Shown in pieces: positions 58,426 to 64,000 of a DNA stretch of 64,000 nt. Both the position numbers and the translations under genes were made by a program. Every line of letters begins with the position of its first letter. The stretch's first letter is position 1. The stretch is taken from IMG/VR virus record IMGVR_UViG_3300025000_000055, one strand, 5' to 3'. Below the pieces are notes generated by a model, which worked only from the letters and a program-made list of their open reading frames with translations, searched no databases and had not been told where the DNA came from. The DNA is from a virus (taxonomy: Duplodnaviria > Caudoviricetes).

Positions 58426-61068
58426 CTATATTATTTCTATAATTATATCATCAATATTAATGGTTAAATATTCAGGTATATAATTTTTTTGTTCTTCTTT
58501 AGTTAAAGTTGTTATATCAACTGCCCTATTCTCTATGACTTGTATTGATGAATCATAGTCATTTATTTTAACAAATTTAAGGTAATTAACTTCACTTATA
58601 TTTGTTTTAATTGCTGTAATTAAATTAGATACATAGAATGAATTATTTCCTTTAATATTTATATTTTCAATATAACTCTTAATATATAATTTTAATTTTT
58701 GTATTAAAGTTTCCTCATCATTATTAATAATTGGTTTTACTTTAAACCAAATTTTACAATTAACCTTATCTAATAATTCTTGTTCCTCTCCCACTATAAA
58801 GTTTTTAGAATATCCATATGTGTTATAAAATTTAATATCAATTGAATAATTATTGGTAACTAGATTAACCACATCTTCCATATTTTTATAATTCAAAAAT
58901 AATTTATTTATAAAATCATTATATTTGTCATTATTTTTCATTGTTTCTGCTTTTACAAAAGGAAAAAAATTTAAAAGTATATAATAATTTAATTCATCAA
59001 TTTGAACATATTTTATTTTACTTGTAATTAAATTTAATGGTTTTATAAAATCAATTTTTTCATCTATTGTAGAATACATATTTGTTAAGGTAAAGTTTTG
59101 TAAATCAGTAATATAATTAAATTTATGAGTGATATTACTATCAGAATATTTATAAAATACATAAATATTTATAATTGATTTACTCATAGGAATCAATTTT
59201 ATTCCCTGTTCACTAGTTAATATATCCTTAACATTAATAACTCTTATTTTTTCATCTAATGTTATATAATCATCTGTTTGTAATAACGAATCAAATGTAA
59301 ATAGATTTAATTCTTCGTCATAATTACTTAAATTAAAATCAATATAGCATGTTTCACTTCCATCCATAAAAACCCCTATTACTTTAATAACTAGAGAGGC
59401 TGCTGTAATAATATCAGTAAATTCATCGGTAACTATATTTAAATCAAAAGTTGGTGTTATATTAATAGATAATTTATAATAATCTTCTCCGATTAAAGCG
59501 TTTCTACTGATATTTAAATTACTACAAATAAATTGAACAATCGAATTACTATTAACATAACTAAAATCTAATTGTAACGTTTTTAATATAGAATTTAAAA
59601 AAAATCCTACTATAGCTGGGCTTTTTGTCATTGTTATTAAGAACGGATTAGTATAAATAAAATCATATTGTAAAAGTGTTAAATCACTATTAACCGTTAA
59701 TGATGGGATTATTTCTCCTGTATCTATACTATCATTAACATATTTAAATAAGTGACCGGGTTTTAATATAAACCTTCCGGATTGCTCATATTCTAAATCA
59801 AAATCAGATGGGTTTAATTTTAAATGTATAGAATTTGTACTGTATATATTTCCATCAGTTTCTTTACATAATATAAATGACCCAAATAATCTTTCTAACA
59901 TATCATTTCTTTTTTTAATAAATAACATTTGTGAATCATATTTATATTTTAAATTATCAAAATATATTTGTAGATCATTTTCATTACTATATGATTCTAC
60001 AGTAGAAAATTTTTCAACTGTCTTTGCCTGTAAATCATCTTTTGACAATGTATCTAAACCTAATTTACTTTCAGTTTGTGCAATAGCAAATAGGATTATA
60101 TTTTTATTATATTCATATATGTTAGAACTAGGTGTTATTAAAATATTATTACCTTCATATAAAGGAAAATTACCTTTACTCCCAATAGTATTATATACAT
60201 AAATTAATAATTCTGAATTAAATTTTGGTTGAAAATAATAATCTAATGGTGTGAATGATATATTAATTTGCCCATCATCTTTAAAAGAATAATAACAAAA
60301 AGGGTCTTTTAAAGGAGATGTATTAATTAATTTTTTTTGCATTTGAATATATTCACTAGAATCTGGAGCTTTATAAAATATTTCAAAATTTGCTAAATAA
60401 TCATTAAATTCTATTGGAATTGTTGGATAGTTTATTTTATCATTAGTTATAATATGCTCATTTTTAATAAATTTATTTATCTGTCTAACTTTAACTAATA
60501 AACCTAAATACTTACTATTATTATAATTAATTCTTTTTATTTTAATATAAGGATTATTAATATCACTGATTGTATTATTGAAATTTAAATTATAAGATGC
60601 TACATAAATATATTCACCAAGCTGTTTTGTAGCAGTAATTTTAATATCATAGTCTAACATAAATTGAATACCTTCAACATCTATAATCATATTTGAATCT
60701 AAGATAAATTCAATAAATGAACCCTTATTAGTTCCCAATCTAATAATATCATCTTCATTTACAAATATTATCAATCCCATTTGTGATGGTGTTGCAAAAA
60801 TATTATCTATTTGGAACATAGATGCGTAATTATATATTGATTCTGGTAGATTTGCTCTATTTGGGAATATTTCTGGTATAAGTGTAGTTATAGTATTAAA
60901 ACTATCTTCACCAATTGTACTTATCATTTCAGTAGTATAACCTAGTAACCCTATATTAAGTTGATTAACATCATCGGTATCAAAATATTTTTTAATTAGA
61001 CTAAGGGAAAAATCTTTTATTGAATAACTACTACTATAATCTCTGGTATTTTGAACCACTTTTATCAC
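58426..61068 (-). CDS. Putative baseplate wedge subunit
   Basis: 880 aa; GY.TE...FPNRA.LPESIY..A, T.G..GNF, KLYIK.YIE..N...F..SNLI...I...VNYLKF resemble T4 gp6-like wedge proteins. Confidence 0.65.
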   Translation of the reverse strand: MIKVVQNTRDYSSSYSIKDFSLSLIKKYFDTDDVNQLNIGLLGYTTEMISTIGEDSFNTITTLIPEIFPNRANLPESIYNYASMFQIDNIFATPSQMGLIIFVNEDDIIRLGTNKGSFIEFILDSNMIIDVEGIQFMLDYDIKITATKQLGEYIYVASYNLNFNNTISDINNPYIKIKRINYNNSKYLGLLVKVRQINKFIKNEHIITNDKINYPTIPIEFNDYLANFEIFYKAPDSSEYIQMQKKLINTSPLKDPFCYYSFKDDGQINISFTPLDYYFQPKFNSELLIYVYNTIGSKGNFPLYEGNNILITPSSNIYEYNKNIILFAIAQTESKLGLDTLSKDDLQAKTVEKFSTVESYSNENDLQIYFDNLKYKYDSQMLFIKKRNDMLERLFGSFILCKETDGNIYSTNSIHLKLNPSDFDLEYEQSGRFILKPGHLFKYVNDSIDTGEIIPSLTVNSDLTLLQYDFIYTNPFLITMTKSPAIVGFFLNSILKTLQLDFSYVNSNSIVQFICSNLNISRNALIGEDYYKLSINITPTFDLNIVTDEFTDIITAASLVIKVIGVFMDGSETCYIDFNLSNYDEELNLFTFDSLLQTDDYITLDEKIRVINVKDILTSEQGIKLIPMSKSIINIYVFYKYSDSNITHKFNYITDLQNFTLTNMYSTIDEKIDFIKPLNLITSKIKYVQIDELNYYILLNFFPFVKAETMKNNDKYNDFINKLFLNYKNMEDVVNLVTNNYSIDIKFYNTYGYSKNFIVGEEQELLDKVNCKIWFKVKPIINNDEETLIQKLKLYIKSYIENINIKGNNSFYVSNLITAIKTNISEVNYLKFVKINDYDSSIQVIENRAVDITTLTKEEQKNYIPEYLTINIDDIIIEII

Positions 61069-62480
61069 TTCCTAAATCTTAATTTAAAAACATATTCTTG
61101 GTCAGAATCCGTAATAGACTCTATAAAAGGAGAACCTGAAAGTGTTTTTCCTGTAGACAATAAACTAGATTCATAAGTTTTTTTATAAACAAAATTACCA
61201 GAACTATTCATATTAAATTCAGCTAATGTTAATGGACTAAAATCTTCTTTAAATGCATATGCAAAATTAATAGAATATTCAGGTATTTTAAGTAAATTGT
61301 TTTTAGACCAACTAGATGTACTAGCCGGAATATTAGTTGGGAATATACCAAAATATTTAGACCAAAATAACAGTGTTTCATCATCAGGGCCACATAAAAA
61401 AAAATAAATACTACAAGCATAATCTAATATTTTTTTATAAATATACTCATCTTTTGTTACCAATTCCCCTCTATATACTTTTGAAATATAATCAACCCAT
61501 GCTTTAAGGGTTTTATATATAGAAAAATTATTATCATCTGTAAATGATATTGAAATATTACCAGCAGTTTTTGATTCAATATTACTTCGTCCATATTGAA
61601 CTTTATATCCTGTAAAGGTTTCCCCATGTTCCATAGTTTTAATATACTCATCTGATAATTCAAATGATTGTGCTGTATTTGATAAAAATGGATGAAAATC
61701 ATGATCTGCCGAAAAACTGGAAGTTAAAGATATTAATATATCAGGATTATTTTTAAAAAGATAATAAAATAATGCTTCATTTTGTAATTGTGAATGTAAA
61801 GAATAATTTCTATTACCATTATAATTAATTATATTAAGATCAGGCCTTGTGAAAAATATATGTGCAAATGTTTTTGATAAATGATAATCAGGAAAAGCAA
61901 CTTTAAATCTATTAAAATTATGAAATAATTGATAATTTAATTCTTGAACCCCCTTATATCCTATAAGATTTAAATTATTTCTTATTTTTTTTAAATTTTC
62001 TTCTACAAATGAATAATCTGTTAAATATGTGTATGTTTCAACATCATCATCTGTTGATGTTTTAGTTATTTTTTCCGCATCTGAAGTAGAAGTTGTATTA
62101 TTATTAAATTGTGATGAAAAAGACGATGAACTTGTATTATCATCACTATTAGTAGAGTCATTAGATGTTGTGGTATTATTATTGGTTGGTACTATTGGTG
62201 AATTTTCATCAACTTCTGGGGATTTTTGAGGTGGATCTGATTCTTCTAAATCTTGAACCATTTCAAGATATATACCACTACCTCCACCACCTGGGTTATA
62301 TCCACAAACCCAACCTCTACCATCTTCTAATTTATACCATGTTTGATTACCAATATCAACTATACCATTAACTATTATTATTTCACCTGTAGATAATGAA
62401 CCAACTATTCGATTAGATGTTCCTGCTGCGGAACGTATATTTAAATTAGGTTTAGCAGATACTCTAAGTTTTTGTCTCAT
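61065..62480 (-). CDS. Virion protein with N-terminal SH3b domain and tail-tube/baseplate-like C-domain (start probably ATG 62480)
   Basis: SH3b near-identical to 54304 gene; HIFFTRPDLN, GETFTG, WVDYI, FWSKYFGIFP. Confidence 0.65.
   Translation of the reverse strand: MRQKLRVSAKPNLNIRSAAGTSNRIVGSLSTGEIIIVNGIVDIGNQTWYKLEDGRGWVCGYNPGGGGSGIYLEMVQDLEESDPPQKSPEVDENSPIVPTNNNTTTSNDSTNSDDNTSSSSFSSQFNNNTTSTSDAEKITKTSTDDDVETYTYLTDYSFVEENLKKIRNNLNLIGYKGVQELNYQLFHNFNRFKVAFPDYHLSKTFAHIFFTRPDLNIINYNGNRNYSLHSQLQNEALFYYLFKNNPDILISLTSSFSADHDFHPFLSNTAQSFELSDEYIKTMEHGETFTGYKVQYGRSNIESKTAGNISISFTDDNNFSIYKTLKAWVDYISKVYRGELVTKDEYIYKKILDYACSIYFFLCGPDDETLLFWSKYFGIFPTNIPASTSSWSKNNLLKIPEYSINFAYAFKEDFSPLTLAEFNMNSSGNFVYKKTYESSLLSTGKTLSGSPFIESITDSDQEYVFKLRFRK
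62262..62447. repeat. Inverted repeat copy B (SH3b coding)
   Basis: See copy A at 54337..54522. Confidence 0.95.
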
Positions 62481-62702
62481 TATATCACCAACTTCCATAT
62501 TATTAATTATTGTTAAATAAATGTTCAAGATAGAAAAAATAATGGTTTTTTTATTTATATATTATTTATTTAGAAAAATAAATAATCACTGACTAAATTA
62601 ACATATACTATTATAAAAATAACCTCCCGCAAAATTATATTACTTATATAAAAATATAGAGATATAAGTTATTTAAAAAAAATAAGGGAGAGTGTTATTT
62701 TT

Positions 62703-62870
62703 ATGCTAGAAGTGTTATTTACTATAGCATCTGCGATTAATACTATTAGTAAATTTGGTAATATTGAAGAAATAAGAGAAAAAAGAAAAAAGATAGAAAA
62801 AAAATATAATCAATTATCTGACAAGGAACAACACAAAGTTATTATGAGAAAATTTAATCTAAGCATGTAG
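62703..62870 (+). CDS. Small hypothetical protein (55 aa, below the ORF-track cutoff)
   Basis: ATG with SD AGGGAGAG, MLEVLFTIASAINTISKFG..., early motif at 62557. Confidence 0.6.
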   Translation: MLEVLFTIASAINTISKFGNIEEIREKRKKIEKKYNQLSDKEQHKVIMRKFNLSM

Positions 62871-62960
62871 ATAAAAACATATACTAGTCAGATGATTATT
62901 TTTTTTGTTTATAAAACATATAAATAAAATAAGTAGTTATAGGAAGGAAGTGTAAATTTA

Positions 62961-64000
62961 ATGGGTGTTTTAAAAGATATATTAGATACGTTTAGAGATA
63001 TAGACATACATGGTAGTTTAGATGAGTATTTTAAAAAGAAAAAATACTCATCTATAGCTAAACATTCTCAGGAAGGGACTCTTCAATTTCCTGTTATAGT
63101 TTCTAGATCACTTGATATAGAAACTCTTCAAACTGTTACAAGAGCATTAGAAAGACAGTACAGTTCTTTTACCCAAATAGTTTTAACTATGAATCCAGTT
63201 CTTAATGTTGAAACAGAAAAGAATTTAGCAACATATTTAAAAAAATTTCATCAAAATTCAGATAGTAAGATAGATACGAATGATGTTTTTAATTTTTTTA
63301 TAGATGTTGATACAAAAAATTTAGAAGAAAATTATGTACTATTAACTGATGAACATGAAAATATTGCTGTATTAACTGGTACATTTGAAAGTTGTTGTTC
63401 AACAAAAAAAATTATTGATGCTAATAAAGAACAACTTAAAATTATTTTAGATTATCTACAGTTAGATTTATTAAATGATAAATTTATTCCAAATAATCAA
63501 GCTCTATATAAATTTACTAATGAAAATTTATCATCATTTTATAATAAAAATATTTTATTAGAAGCTTCTAATAACTCACCTCCAGGTGGTAACAAGAATA
63601 ATAATCAACGACCTTATAAACCATCTGCGCAAGTAATTAATAGTATTGGCACTTTAAATAATAATACAGTTATCAGTAGTACTAAAAGTAACGATAAAAT
63701 TTATAATGGTGAGAGTGGTAGTTCAAAACGTTCAAGTGAATTTAATCTACCCAATAAAGTATTACTTGATAATGATGTTAAAAAATCAAATGAATTAGTA
63801 CCAACCATGCTACATCTTCGTTTAAAATTAATAGATAAAAAAGGTAATAACCATGGAACACATGATTATTTAATTGGTATTAAAGCAGTTGTCCATCCAG
63901 TAAATTCAGATGAAATGGTAAACAATGTTGTTAATGCATGTAAAAATAACAATAAACTTTTTGATTTTATTAGATGGACTTCTGGTGAAATTAATTTCCT
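62961..64000 (+). CDS. Probable virion protein, truncated by the window end
   Basis: ATG 62961, SD AGGAAGG, MGVLKDILDTF...LQFPVIVS...ALERQY; open to the end; late motif upstream. Confidence 0.75.
   Translation, partial: MGVLKDILDTFRDIDIHGSLDEYFKKKKYSSIAKHSQEGTLQFPVIVSRSLDIETLQTVTRALERQYSSFTQIVLTMNPVLNVETEKNLATYLKKFHQNSDSKIDTNDVFNFFIDVDTKNLEENYVLLTDEHENIAVLTGTFESCCSTKKIIDANKEQLKIILDYLQLDLLNDKFIPNNQALYKFTNENLSSFYNKNILLEASNNSPPGGNKNNNQRPYKPSAQVINSIGTLNNNTVISSTKSNDKIYNGESGSSKRSSEFNLPNKVLLDNDVKKSNELVPTMLHLRLKLIDKKGNNHGTHDYLIGIKAVVHPVNSDEMVNNVVNACKNNNKLFDFIRWTSGEINF

Noticed and set aside
9011-62371. Many 60-180 aa ORFs overlapping larger genes on the opposite strand or in other frames (e.g. 9011, 9042, 11358, 13457, 18619, 20918, 23380, 24016, 24084, 26132, 26386, 26773, 27319, 30775, 34831, 38963, 40569, 46278-53874, 56745, 57470, 61229-62371)
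   Set aside because: Shadow ORFs rich in F/I/L/S, without SD sites, fully overlapping well-supported genes.
1-64000. CRISPR array, tRNA or rRNA genes
   Set aside because: No regularly spaced direct repeats and no cloverleaf or rRNA signatures seen.
1-64000. Stop-codon reassignment
   Set aside because: Long genes read through under the standard code; all breaks are explained by introns.
1-64000. Phage-nucleus genes (chimallin, PhuZ tubulin) or Ugi
   Set aside because: No recognisable motifs in this window; divergent copies among the hypothetical proteins cannot be excluded without searches.

Overview
Very AT-rich 64 kb segment of a jumbo tailed phage of the AR9/PBS1/phiKZ-like type, recognised by its split multisubunit RNA polymerases. 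The host is probably an anaerobic Firmicute, inferred from nrdD, Fe-S/radical SAM proteins and strong AGGAGG/AGGGGG SD sites. It contains three RNAP subunit genes (beta' N-half, beta' C-half, large beta) and an anaerobic RNR. These four genes are interrupted by five group I introns, whose splice sites I reconstructed from P1/P10 pairing: one carries GIY-YIG, one carries HNH, two are ORF-less, and one carries an antisense non-nuclease gene cassette. The window also has a dCMP deaminase/ThyX/TMK nucleotide set, RNase H, Nudix, DHH, CYTH, kinase-like, PolB-like and RusA-like genes, an early accessory island, a 3290-aa tape-measure/lysin-like protein and baseplate/tail genes. Two recurrent promoter motifs (ATATATTAT, AACA-N6-TA) and many long palindromic terminators are visible. 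Best leads: the antisense cassette inside beta intron 1, a ~500-nt structured non-coding element at 32.8-33.3 kb, a thymine-synthesis pathway beside AR9-type promoters, a Csx16/Csx15-like candidate ring nuclease, and near-identical inverted SH3 modules bracketing 8 kb of tail genes. All family assignments come from motif recognition by eye; no searches were run.
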